DNA of 64,000 bases from an uncultured virus (IMG/VR IMGVR_UViG_3300036770_007242). Lineage: Duplodnaviria > Heunggongvirae > Uroviricota > Caudoviricetes. This document shows positions 1 to 9,085 of this stretch, one piece after another; position 1 is the stretch's first letter, and every line of letters begins with the position of its first letter. The DNA is taken from the IMG/VR virus record IMGVR_UViG_3300036770_007242; one strand, 5' to 3'. A program made the translations under genes and the position numbers. Under the pieces are notes generated by a model. That model saw only the letters and a program-made list of their open reading frames with translations, did not search any database and was not told the origin of the DNA.

Positions 1-2079
1 TAGTGTTTGAATTGTGTTATTCAACTTGTCACAACCATCTTTATGGCCTTGCATCTCTGCATTCCGCATTCCAATCTTATCTTCAAGACGTTTGCTTTTA
101 TCAGAAGCTTGTGCAACTTTACGACGCAAATCAGCCTGCTTGTCTGCACCATGTTGCTGCAACCAACCACGAAGCTTCTCACGCTTTGCTTGCTTTGCTT
201 CCAGATCTTCTTTGGATAGAAGAATATCTTGATTACAAGAATCAATCAACGCTTGACATTCAATTTTTGCTTCGTTCCAGTTGACGTTACGAAACTTGCT
301 GCTAAGAGTGTTATGCTTTTGCAACTCTTCGTTTGCCATCTTGTATAGCTTTTCAAAGATATCTAAGTCAAGAAAACGGTTAAGAATAGCTTTACGTTGA
401 GTTGCACCTTCATCGATAAAACGATTCATTCCACCTTGATTGGAAAAGGCAGTGAGCAAAAAGTCTTGTGATGTACCAATAAGCTTTCGAACAACTTTGT
501 CTGTATCAGTTCTGGATTCACTGTTTTCTGACACAAGTTCTACTTCTGTTCCATCACTCTCCAGCCGAGACAAACAAAGCTTTGTTGCAGCCTTTTCATC
601 ATCGTATCTACCACCACGCTTTGATGCCTTAGCAACCGAACGCTCAACAACATAATCAGTTCCAGAAACGTTTAAAGTTACTCTTGCATAACCTTCACGC
701 TTGTTTTTGTTGATGATGTAAGCACTTTTTACAGGGCCACGATCTGTGGTGTTGAATAACCCAAACATAAGAGAGCCAACGATAGAGCTTTTGCCAACTT
801 TGTTTGGTCCAAAGATTCCTGTAATCCCACTAAGGTTAGAAAAGTTGATGTAGTTATCTTCACCGTAACGGTATAGGTTAGAGAACTGCATATCTTTGAT
901 AGACCACACAACATCTCTGGCTGCATCATCTTCTGATTGACGTACTTTCTCCAAAGACTTTTGAATATGCGCCTTTGCTTGATCTTTTTGTTGATCGGTC
1001 AAAGGTACTTTATGATCTTTCTCAATAAAACTGTCATATAGCTCACAGAGAACTTCTGGAGAGTTTCTTAGGCTTGTTGTCTTAGCGTGTGTTTCTTCAT
1101 CAGATCCACTTTCGCTAATGTTGTCGTTCTTGCCCGCCTTGAATACAACCTCAGAAGCTTTGTGTTTATTCTTGAGTTCATCATACAGTTCTTTCATTTG
1201 TAGATGAAAGACCGTTTGATTGGAAACAATACGAACACGTTTATGTTGCAGAGTTTTTCCTGCAACCTTTAGTGCTTCTGAAACAGTAGAAGCTACATCG
1301 CCTTTCCAGTTAACAGTAATAAACTGATAATCGTTAGCTACTGGATGAAAGGTTACATCCCAATCATCAGCAGAACGAATATCCCAAACATGATATCCTT
1401 TAACTGTATCTTCACCATAGTTTTGCTGGATAAGCGAGCCGGGATAACCAATCCAAGGCTTCATGTCTCTTGTAATACCTTCATGTGCACGATATCCAAG
1501 AAACTGTTGCTTGTGAATATCTCCCAGCAAAGCAAAGTCAAAACGCTCAAACATGGAGATTTCAGCTTCTCCATGAGTCATAACCCAATCACTATCCGTT
1601 GCACAGCCTCTTACAGAGCCGTGAAACATCGCAATGTTGATTAAGTCTTCATCAGTTTGAACGTTGTTCCATCCAGCTTCATCAAAACATGATAGAACAC
1701 ATAGGTTTATGTTTGTTTTTGGAATGATTTGGTTGCCGCTTTTTTTGAACAAAGTGATACGAGGATTGTTGATTGCAGAAACAATAGGAGAAATGGTATC
1801 TTGACGATTATCGTTGGTTAGGTTACCGTCATGGTTACCAAGAATAGAATACACAGGAGCAATGGATGCAAGTTCATTAAACATCCATGTGATTTTATCG
1901 ATTACTTCTGGTGTAATCGACATAGTTTTGGTATGAAAGATATCACCCCCACAAAGAATATAATCAGGTTTAACATCAGTTTTTAGTTGATGAAAAAGCT
2001 TGTTAAAAACGTCGGTATATTCATCGTGACGGGTGATACCTCTCCAGTGAATATCAGAAACAAAGGCAAACTTAGGCAT
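1..2079 (-). CDS. SbcD/Mre11-like metallophosphoesterase fused to SbcC/Rad50-like ATPase (gp47-gp46 fusion), runs off the window's left edge
   Basis: ATG at 2079 reads MPKFAFVSDIHW..GGDIFH..GNHD (phosphoesterase motifs). Walker A GPNKVGKS near 810-787 is in the same frame. Absent from the ORF track, consistent with no stop before position 1. Confidence 0.85.
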   Translation of the reverse strand, partial: MPKFAFVSDIHWRGITRHDEYTDVFNKLFHQLKTDVKPDYILCGGDIFHTKTMSITPEVIDKITWMFNELASIAPVYSILGNHDGNLTNDNRQDTISPIVSAINNPRITLFKKSGNQIIPKTNINLCVLSCFDEAGWNNVQTDEDLINIAMFHGSVRGCATDSDWVMTHGEAEISMFERFDFALLGDIHKQQFLGYRAHEGITRDMKPWIGYPGSLIQQNYGEDTVKGYHVWDIRSADDWDVTFHPVANDYQFITVNWKGDVASTVSEALKVAGKTLQHKRVRIVSNQTVFHLQMKELYDELKNKHKASEVVFKAGKNDNISESGSDEETHAKTTSLRNSPEVLCELYDSFIEKDHKVPLTDQQKDQAKAHIQKSLEKVRQSEDDAARDVVWSIKDMQFSNLYRYGEDNYINFSNLSGITGIFGPNKVGKSSIVGSLMFGLFNTTDRGPVKSAYIINKNKREGYARVTLNVSGTDYVVERSVAKASKRGGRYDDEKAATKLCLSRLESDGTEVELVSENSESRTDTDKVVRKLIGTSQDFLLTAFSNQGGMNRFIDEGATQRKAILNRFLDLDIFEKLYKMANEELQKHNTLSSKFRNVNWNEAKIECQALIDSCNQDILLSKEDLEAKQAKREKLRGWLQQHGADKQADLRRKVAQASDKSKRLEDKIGMRNAEMQGHKDGCDKLNNTIQTL

Positions 2080-2105
2080 AAGGTTTCTCCAGAGTCAAGC
2101 ATATA

Positions 2106-3065
2106 CTACTTGATAATGTTTCTCAAGTAATACATTTCATCGAACTCTACACTGTTTGTTTCACGCAACTCTAAAAATCGTTCTTTTGATATATCACCGG
2201 GGTCTTTAATGTCTTCGGGTAGCTCTAATATCTTTACATTAATGTTGTATTCATATAACAACTTAGCTGTGTCCAGCGTTGCTCTTAATGCATCATTATC
2301 CAAACAAAGCAATACAGGTGTGTTATGAGTTACAATAGCTTGAAACAACGCACATTGTTTTGTTAGTTCTTTACCCAGCAAACATGTTGCATTGTCATTG
2401 ACTTTGAACATGTCAAACGGACCTTCAACAATTGTTAGTTCATCATCCCAATCGATATTGATTTCGTTGAATACAACTGTTTCTCTACGAAACCTTGGAT
2501 TGAAATACTTTGGTTTGATATAGCTTTTGTAGGCTCTTGCCGTAAAGAAGTTTAAGTTACCTTCCACATCATGAGAAGGAACAATCACACGATTCTTGTA
2601 TGCTTTGTCTAGCTCGGTTACACCAAACTTGAAATACCAAAAATCACGTTCTGTTAATCCACGACTTTCAAGATATTTTGTTGCTTGCCTAATGTAAGCT
2701 GGAGCATCTTCGTTATCTAACCACTCAGCTAACAACTGGAAACCTGTTGGTAGTTGAAGTACCTCTAGTTCCTTTTTAAAGGCATTTTCTTCGGCGTCAC
2801 TGACAAGAGATGCACCATCGAACTGAGTGATAAACTCTTCGGCTTGTACGGGCTTATAACGCCTTAATAGACCATAAATGCTTCTTGCTTTATAACCACA
2901 TTTCCAGCATTTCGTGAGCCAGTTATCGGTACGAATAGCAAGTTTCTTTTTATCTGTATCTCCGCATACAGGACAACAAACGTTTGCATTCAATCCAGCA
3001 TTGGTAAGTTTTGCTGGACCAAAGCAACGTTCAATAAAATCTATGGCCATCCCTTGTGTATGCAT
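2106..3065 (-). CDS. DnaG-type DNA primase (Zn finger + TOPRIM)
   Basis: CPVC...CWKC zinc ribbon, VEGPFD and LDND TOPRIM motifs, KDPGD. Start uncertain (3050/3065/3101). Confidence 0.8.
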   Translation of the reverse strand: MHTQGMAIDFIERCFGPAKLTNAGLNANVCCPVCGDTDKKKLAIRTDNWLTKCWKCGYKARSIYGLLRRYKPVQAEEFITQFDGASLVSDAEENAFKKELEVLQLPTGFQLLAEWLDNEDAPAYIRQATKYLESRGLTERDFWYFKFGVTELDKAYKNRVIVPSHDVEGNLNFFTARAYKSYIKPKYFNPRFRRETVVFNEINIDWDDELTIVEGPFDMFKVNDNATCLLGKELTKQCALFQAIVTHNTPVLLCLDNDALRATLDTAKLLYEYNINVKILELPEDIKDPGDISKERFLELRETNSVEFDEMYYLRNIIK

Positions 3066-3104
3066 TGTACATATGGTACAAGCAATAATAGAAAAAGTCA
3101 AGAG

Positions 3105-3371
3105 TTATTTAATACGCTTGCAGCCCTTGCCTTGTTGCACATGATATCTCATTGCTTCGTTATGACTTAAAGAAGAAGATGCGGTTAATACCTTTTTGCT
3201 TTCAACTTCTAATATAAGTTGTTTTTTGTTGGACTTAATCACAGGCCATATATCCACATAACCTGTATATCCAGCTTCATAAACTTCAGCTAAAAGCTCT
3301 TCGGTAGCTTTTTGTAGCTGCAATCTAAGAGTGTATACAGCTTTTTCTTGTTCGGTTATTGGAGGTAACAT
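3105..3371 (-). CDS. hypothetical protein
   Basis: 88 aa ORF in the minus-strand gene run. Confidence 0.6.
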   Translation of the reverse strand: MLPPITEQEKAVYTLRLQLQKATEELLAEVYEAGYTGYVDIWPVIKSNKKQLILEVESKKVLTASSSLSHNEAMRYHVQQGKGCKRIK

Positions 3372-3412
3372 ATTTTGTTATTGACCTTGTGGAAGACAAC
3401 CAAGAGAAGGAA

Positions 3413-3694
3413 TCAAGACAACATATAACTCAATACAATATGTCTGAATACTAATCCTGACATAAGACATAGCAGCAATGTGCTTACTTTTATTTGTTTT
3501 GCTTTTAACTCGGTTTGTTTTGTTTCTTCTAATACAGCACTTTTGACATAGAAGCTACCCAATAGTAGTTGCAATAATATCCAAGCTGTTTCATGTACTC
3601 CACCACCAAAAGATATAATCATATCCAAGGCAATGAAAAAAACAACTGAAGCATATTTGCAAGGCAAGCAGTTTTTATTAGGTGAGTTGTCCAT
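3413..3694 (-). CDS. small membrane protein
   Basis: 93 aa with three hydrophobic stretches. Confidence 0.55.
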   Translation of the reverse strand: MDNSPNKNCLPCKYASVVFFIALDMIISFGGGVHETAWILLQLLLGSFYVKSAVLEETKQTELKAKQIKVSTLLLCLMSGLVFRHIVLSYMLS

Positions 3695-4031
3695 GAGTTA
3701 GATGCATATGATTCTGTTGAATAAATGCTTGTTTTTGATAGTGTTCAAAGTATACTGGGAAAAGCATAACGAAGTCTGAGCCGCCAAAACTTTTAGTGCT
3801 TTCATTCATACGTTCAACATATGAACGTTGAACTTTGATAGGTTCACCAACAATCTTGGCAACAGAGTTACCTCTAACTCCACCAATAGGTCTTGGAAAA
3901 GCACATCCATTAATGTCACAACGTATTTCGCCGTAACCATCTTTTTCTAATTCATATACAGGAACGTTATCTGGTGCAATACCATGCACAGTACTGCCAT
4001 GACCAACTCTTACATAATCTCCTACAGCCAT
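3678..4031 (-). CDS. hypothetical protein
   Basis: 117 aa directly downstream of groEL. No clear GroES motifs. Confidence 0.65.
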   Translation of the reverse strand: MAVGDYVRVGHGSTVHGIAPDNVPVYELEKDGYGEIRCDINGCAFPRPIGGVRGNSVAKIVGEPIKVQRSYVERMNESTKSFGGSDFVMLFPVYFEHYQKQAFIQQNHMHLTHGQLT

Positions 4032-4037
4032 TGTCTT

Positions 4038-5801
4038 TTATCCTTCGTTGTTAATAACAACAACACAATTTGTTGTAAGTAGCAACCCAACAACTGAGCA
4101 AGCATGTTCAATTGCATAACGTTCTACTTTATGGGGGTCAATAATACCTTGTTCAATTAAGTCACAATAAACGTGACGACTTGCATCATATCCTTGACGT
4201 AAACGTTGGTTTAGCAAAACTTCTGCTTTCTTTCCAACGATATCTTCTGGACGGTTTGTGTCTCCAGCAATATCATGAAGAAGACTTACAAGTCTTTGAC
4301 TATCATATGAACGAAGTTGGTTCATAACAACATCTGAACTCTTGCCTGTGTTTTCTACAATAACTCTTAAAGGTTGACGGCAAGCTTCGTATATAACTTT
4401 TGCTCCAGCTATTTCATCTTCGGTTGCAAGTGCTTCGGGAACTTCAGAAGTATGCCGACGAATCAATTCATGACTTGCTATCTCTCTTTGCAGCCATTCT
4501 GAGGCGTAGAAAAGAGCTGTACCACCCCCAGGTAGTATTCCTTCTTGAACAGCCGCTATCGTGGCATTTAAAGCGTCCTCAACACGGTCTTTCTTTTCAA
4601 AGATTTCAACTTCTGTAGAACCACCAACTTTAATAACAGCAATACCTCCAGCTAGCTTTGCAAGACGCTTTTTGGTATTCTCACGCTTTAAATCATCTAA
4701 ACCAACGTTGGCAGTAAGAAGAGTTCTTAATTGCTCAACACGTTGAGAAATAAGTTCCTTGCGTGAACCTGTATCATCACCTACAAGAGTTGTTGAACCT
4801 TTACCAATAATTGCACGCTTGCATTGACCTAAATCCGCAAGAGTTGCATTCTTGATAGACTTCTCTGAACTCGCATCAAAAACTTTTCCACCTGTTACAA
4901 GAGCAATGTCAGACAAAACATCAACACGATTCTCTCCATAACTTGGAGCCTTTACCGCACAAGTATAAAGAACACCTTTCATCTTGTTAACAATAAGAGT
5001 ATGAAGAGCTTCACCTTCAATTTCATCACCAATAATAAGAAGAGGTTTGCTTGCGTTTGCTGCAAGTTCTAGAACAGGTAGAATCTCTTGTAGTGAAGAA
5101 ATCTTTTTGTTGGTGATTAAGATGTAAGGGTCATTAAGTTCTGCGGTCATTTTTTCTTGGTTTGTTACAAAATAAGGACTAACAAACCCAGAATCAAACT
5201 GCATACCTTCTACAACATCTAATGTTGTTTTAACACTCTTAGCTGGTTCAATGGTAATAATTCCATCTTGACCAACCTTTGAGATAGCATTACATAGAAG
5301 TTCACCAATAGATCTATCGCCGTTAGCAGAAATTGTTCCAATGTTAATAATGTCTTCGTCGTTACGCACTGGAATAGCATGTTCTGCCAACCATCCAATA
5401 ACTTTTTTGGTTGCCCAATCCATTCCACGTTTGATTTCAATCGCAGAACGTCCGGTGGCAGTCATCTTAATACCCTGCTTAAGCATAGCATAACCAAGAA
5501 CAGTAGCAGTAGTAGTACCATCTCCAGCCTGTTCATTAGTCTTGCTAGCAATTTCTTTTATTAACTCTGCTCCTAAACTTGGAAGCTTTGAACGTAAGTT
5601 AATACTCTTGGCAACAGTTACACCGTCCTTGGTAATAAGAGGAGCTGTTTTACCATTGTCAATAATAACGTTGTGGCCACTTGGACCCATTGTTGATTTA
5701 ACAGCTTTATAAAGGATTTCAGCACCTTCTAAAAGTTTACTGTGTGCTTCTTGACCAAAAGTAACTTCTTGAACTTGTTCTTGCTCGGTAGGTTTTGTCA
5801 T
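4038..5801 (-). CDS. groEL: phage chaperonin GroEL/Cpn60
   Basis: TMGPSG, ITKDGVTVA, AGDGTTTATV, EGMQFDSG, KAPSYG, RVEDAL, GILPGGG, GIIDP motifs. Confidence 0.97.
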   Translation of the reverse strand: MTKPTEQEQVQEVTFGQEAHSKLLEGAEILYKAVKSTMGPSGHNVIIDNGKTAPLITKDGVTVAKSINLRSKLPSLGAELIKEIASKTNEQAGDGTTTATVLGYAMLKQGIKMTATGRSAIEIKRGMDWATKKVIGWLAEHAIPVRNDEDIINIGTISANGDRSIGELLCNAISKVGQDGIITIEPAKSVKTTLDVVEGMQFDSGFVSPYFVTNQEKMTAELNDPYILITNKKISSLQEILPVLELAANASKPLLIIGDEIEGEALHTLIVNKMKGVLYTCAVKAPSYGENRVDVLSDIALVTGGKVFDASSEKSIKNATLADLGQCKRAIIGKGSTTLVGDDTGSRKELISQRVEQLRTLLTANVGLDDLKRENTKKRLAKLAGGIAVIKVGGSTEVEIFEKKDRVEDALNATIAAVQEGILPGGGTALFYASEWLQREIASHELIRRHTSEVPEALATEDEIAGAKVIYEACRQPLRVIVENTGKSSDVVMNQLRSYDSQRLVSLLHDIAGDTNRPEDIVGKKAEVLLNQRLRQGYDASRHVYCDLIEQGIIDPHKVERYAIEHACSVVGLLLTTNCVVVINNEG

Positions 5802-6337
5802 ATGTTCTGTTGTGGAATGTTGATAGAAATCTTACGGATTGTACCATCGGAATCAATAAATTCACGAGTGTTTAGTTCTGGATCAGATAATACGCTTCTT
5901 AAGCCATTAATGCCATTTACACCATTAATTGTTGGTTTTGCATATCCGTTTACTTGCGGAGATGGTGCAGCTGCAACTTCATTCATCAATGCTGCTGGAT
6001 CAAGTTTTCCATTGCTTGTTGCTGTTGTTGTTGCTCTTTGAGTGTTATGGTACCATTGGTTAACACGTTCGTTTGTTGTGTTACAAAGATCATCAACAAA
6101 GGCTGTAAGTCTAGAGACTAAAACGTTTCTTACTTCGTTCAAGTCACCATAAACTTCGCCGTCAACGGTTGCAAGATCTACAACACGTTGTTTGCCTTGT
6201 GGACCAATAGCAACACGGTATGAAACTTTTTCTCCATCAATGGATCGGTGATGAATCTCTTCTTGTACAATACCCGGCAAAACTGTTTGAGTTTTGTCGC
6301 TAAGAACATATATCACTTGTCCAATAGCAAAGCTCAT
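5798..6337 (-). CDS. hypothetical protein
   Basis: 179 aa with ATGA-type overlaps to both neighbours. Confidence 0.75.
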   Translation of the reverse strand: MSFAIGQVIYVLSDKTQTVLPGIVQEEIHHRSIDGEKVSYRVAIGPQGKQRVVDLATVDGEVYGDLNEVRNVLVSRLTAFVDDLCNTTNERVNQWYHNTQRATTTATSNGKLDPAALMNEVAAAPSPQVNGYAKPTINGVNGINGLRSVLSDPELNTREFIDSDGTIRKISINIPQQNI

Positions 6338-6744
6338 GGCGATCCTTGCAACGCTTTAGCGTAATCTTCTGTTAGAACTAGAATCGATTCACCTTTGCCA
6401 TCACCAAGCTTACGTTCATATGGTGTAAACTCTAGTCTGGAAATAGAACTGCGAAACTTCTGTTCGGTATCATATCCAGAATACAAGTCAAAGAAATACA
6501 TAATCTTCTCAAAGGCTTTTGGATGCAAAGCCATTGGTACAATTTGATTGGTTGATAATCCACGCTGAAACGCTTCTTTCATATAACGTTCAGCATCAAC
6601 CAACACCATATCTCTTCTGTCTCCAGAATAAATCGCATAACGTTTTGCTCCAAGAACTTCACGAAGCTTACGTTCACTTGCATGGCCACCAAAGTTGCGG
6701 CAGTTCAAAATAATGTCTTCAATAACACTGGCATGAAATCTCAT
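6334..6744 (-). CDS. hypothetical protein
   Basis: 136 aa, translationally coupled. Confidence 0.7.
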   Translation of the reverse strand: MRFHASVIEDIILNCRNFGGHASERKLREVLGAKRYAIYSGDRRDMVLVDAERYMKEAFQRGLSTNQIVPMALHPKAFEKIMYFFDLYSGYDTEQKFRSSISRLEFTPYERKLGDGKGESILVLTEDYAKALQGSP

Positions 6745-7229
6745 TGTGCTTGATCCTCTTTCATATCTTTCTTAAGATTATCTTCGTATTGTAACTTACG
6801 TTCTTTTTGTTTGTCAAAAGCTGTTGCAGCAATATCGTTTGCTTTAGCAACAACTCTATCAAGAAGATCATTGCCATCTTTGCGAGCTTTGGCAAGAGGC
6901 TTAAGACCTAAACCAACACGAATCTTATCAACAGCATCTCCCATATGAAGATTGGGGAAAGATTCATGAAGAACAGCTTCAACATGTTTAAAGTCAACAA
7001 ACATATGAGGATGTGGACCATCCATGATTTCTTCTGGTTTTCCAGAATCACCAACTTCGTATTCACCTGTTTGTGTATAACGCATAAGAAACAATCCTAC
7101 AGGCATATCCTTGTCTTTTGGAATAACCATATAAGGGATTGGAGAAACTTTTTCACCGGGATAGTTTGGTGACTCATAAAGAATCTCTGGAATGAAATCT
7201 AGCTTACGATTTTGTTTTGTTGCGCTCAT
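6741..7229 (-). CDS. hypothetical protein
   Basis: 162 aa, translationally coupled. Confidence 0.7.
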   Translation of the reverse strand: MSATKQNRKLDFIPEILYESPNYPGEKVSPIPYMVIPKDKDMPVGLFLMRYTQTGEYEVGDSGKPEEIMDGPHPHMFVDFKHVEAVLHESFPNLHMGDAVDKIRVGLGLKPLAKARKDGNDLLDRVVAKANDIAATAFDKQKERKLQYEDNLKKDMKEDQAQ

Positions 7230-7504
7230 GGTTCATCTCTTTCTAAAATCTCAAGGAATAGGTCAAAGTAGTGCTTGTGTTGCACTTTCTTTTTGAGATC
7301 AACCAAACGCAAAGCTAGTTTAAGAGTTTTGGTATCAAGCTTTGTAGCGTATTCGTCAACAAGTTCTTTCTTTGCTTCACGCAAAGTAACTTCTTCGTTT
7401 TCCAATGTACGCATTCTGTCAACAAACTCATTTACAATAGGTTTGAGTTCAGAAAGGTTTTCCGGCATTTCATCCGGTTCAACTGCTTGCTTCTTACGTC
7501 CCAT
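7226..7504 (-). CDS. T4 DsbA / GapR-like dsDNA-binding protein
   Basis: 92 aa from ATG 7504. FVDRMRTLENEEVTLREAKKELVDEY..LDTKTLK resembles the GapR/DsbA coiled-coil pattern. Confidence 0.55.
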   Translation of the reverse strand: MGRKKQAVEPDEMPENLSELKPIVNEFVDRMRTLENEEVTLREAKKELVDEYATKLDTKTLKLALRLVDLKKKVQHKHYFDLFLEILERDEP

Positions 7505-7565
7505 ATGTGTGCCTATCCTTGTGGATAAGCATATCATATTTAAACGTTGAGATTTTTGTATAACT

Positions 7566-8654
7566 TTATCGCTTAGGTTGTGGTGCTTGTGCAACTGGTT
7601 GCGCAGAGACAGGAGCTTGTTGAGGAACTTGTGCAGGAACTTGTTGAGGAACTTGTGCAGGAGCTTGTTGAGGAACTTGTGCAGGAACTTGTTGAGGTTG
7701 TGCTGCTGGCAAAACTGGCATGCTTTTAATTTGTGCTTCAACTGCCTTGCTAGCTGCTGCCAAAGCAGCGGGTGGTGGTTGTATTTTGAATTTTTTGCTT
7801 TTTCCTTTGATTTTATCAAACAGTGTTTTGGTAAAGTTTGGTGCCATGGCTTTGTACTTAGCTAGTTCTGCTGGAGTGATTCTTCCACTTTTAGCGTTAT
7901 CAGCAATTGTTCTATTCATGTTGCCTACAATACTACTCATAACTTTTGGTAAGTTTTCTGTGCTCCATTGTTCAGCAGCCTTTACAATCTCTGGATTCTT
8001 CATAAGTTCATCAAACACTTTTTTCTTTTCATCTTCTGGAAGATCTTTGAACTTTGGTTTTGCTGTTTCACGCTCTACGGCCTCATAATATCTACTACGT
8101 CGTGCACGCTCTCCAGACAAAAGATCGACTAATCTTCCTGCGCTCCCACGGGTTGCAACGTCCAAAACAGAGAAAGCTGCATCTAAAGCTTTACCACCAA
8201 CCGCAAGACCAGCTATAGCATTCATTGGAGAAGCAACAAAACCAATACCCCAAAAATCGGTTTTAAACGTTTCCCAGCCTTGCCCTAGCTCTTTACGTTC
8301 TTTTGCAAATTCGTGATCTAAAACGCTTAAAGCTTCATCTTCCCAATCTCCCATTTTTTGGTTGATTGTGTCGATAGCTTTTGGATCATTAAATGGTAAT
8401 ATTGCTGCAAAAGTACTGCCAATCAATTCAGAGACAGTCCTGGCACCTTTAATAGCAAATTCACCGGCACGAAACTTAATAGCATTCCATATATCTGTTA
8501 TAGGTGACAAAAACATGCCAACAGTATTACTTCTATCAATGATTCTTTTTAAGCCTTTGCTTTCACCTGACGAATCATCGTCATATTGCTCTAGCAGAAA
8601 CTGTTCACAAGCAGAATCAACTTCTTCTTCAATAATTTGAAGGAGAATTTCCAT
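7566..8654 (-). CDS. hypothetical protein with PQQVPAQV repeat tail, possible head core protein
   Basis: Starts MEILLQIIEEE..FLLEQ. C-terminal Pro/Gln repeat. Confidence 0.7.
   Translation of the reverse strand: MEILLQIIEEEVDSACEQFLLEQYDDDSSGESKGLKRIIDRSNTVGMFLSPITDIWNAIKFRAGEFAIKGARTVSELIGSTFAAILPFNDPKAIDTINQKMGDWEDEALSVLDHEFAKERKELGQGWETFKTDFWGIGFVASPMNAIAGLAVGGKALDAAFSVLDVATRGSAGRLVDLLSGERARRSRYYEAVERETAKPKFKDLPEDEKKKVFDELMKNPEIVKAAEQWSTENLPKVMSSIVGNMNRTIADNAKSGRITPAELAKYKAMAPNFTKTLFDKIKGKSKKFKIQPPPAALAAASKAVEAQIKSMPVLPAAQPQQVPAQVPQQAPAQVPQQVPAQVPQQAPVSAQPVAQAPQPKR
7611..7697. repeat. 24-nt coding tandem repeat, about 3.6 copies
   Basis: Unit AGGA(G/A)CTTGTTGAGGAACTTGTGC encodes an 8-aa repeat. 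Confidence 0.9.
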
Positions 8655-9042
8655 TCTTTTTTCGTTCAGTTTCTGTTTGTAATAATCGTTCTTTGCCACC
8701 ATTTAAAGCCCATCCCTTCGGTCTGCTAACCCATTTGGGGTCATGTAATCTACTTGGGTCGATCCATAGCTTTACACCTGTAATTAGTTCCCAGTATGCT
8801 ATCACTTCTTTATCCATGTCATTCAGCACCATTTTCTTTGTGCTGCGATGACGTTTTGATAAACCAACAGTTTTTCTATATTGTCCTGGTATTGCTTGTA
8901 GGATTATTCGTTTCAATAAAAACCAATCGGTAACATTGTTTTGAACATATGAAGCAACGTAATCGATTTTTTCTTTTAAGTAATCTGGCAATGACATGAG
9001 CGACCTGTATATAGCTAGCTGCTTGTATTTGTCATTTTTCAT
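8629..9042 (-). CDS. hypothetical protein
   Basis: 137 aa, divergent from the portal gene. Confidence 0.65.
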   Translation of the reverse strand: MKNDKYKQLAIYRSLMSLPDYLKEKIDYVASYVQNNVTDWFLLKRIILQAIPGQYRKTVGLSKRHRSTKKMVLNDMDKEVIAYWELITGVKLWIDPSRLHDPKWVSRPKGWALNGGKERLLQTETERKKNGNSPSNY

Positions 9043-9085
9043 TTCAAGCTAGAATACTTAAGGTTTGTCAACACAAGGTTAAGCA

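Noticed and set aside
7611..7697. CRISPR-like array
   Set aside because: Head-to-tail 24-nt coding repeat with no unique spacers.
7505..7819. N-terminal extension of ORF 7226-7819 (NKFLHKFL repeats)
   Set aside because: Alternate-frame reading of the upstream gene's repeat. The real start is probably ATG 7504.
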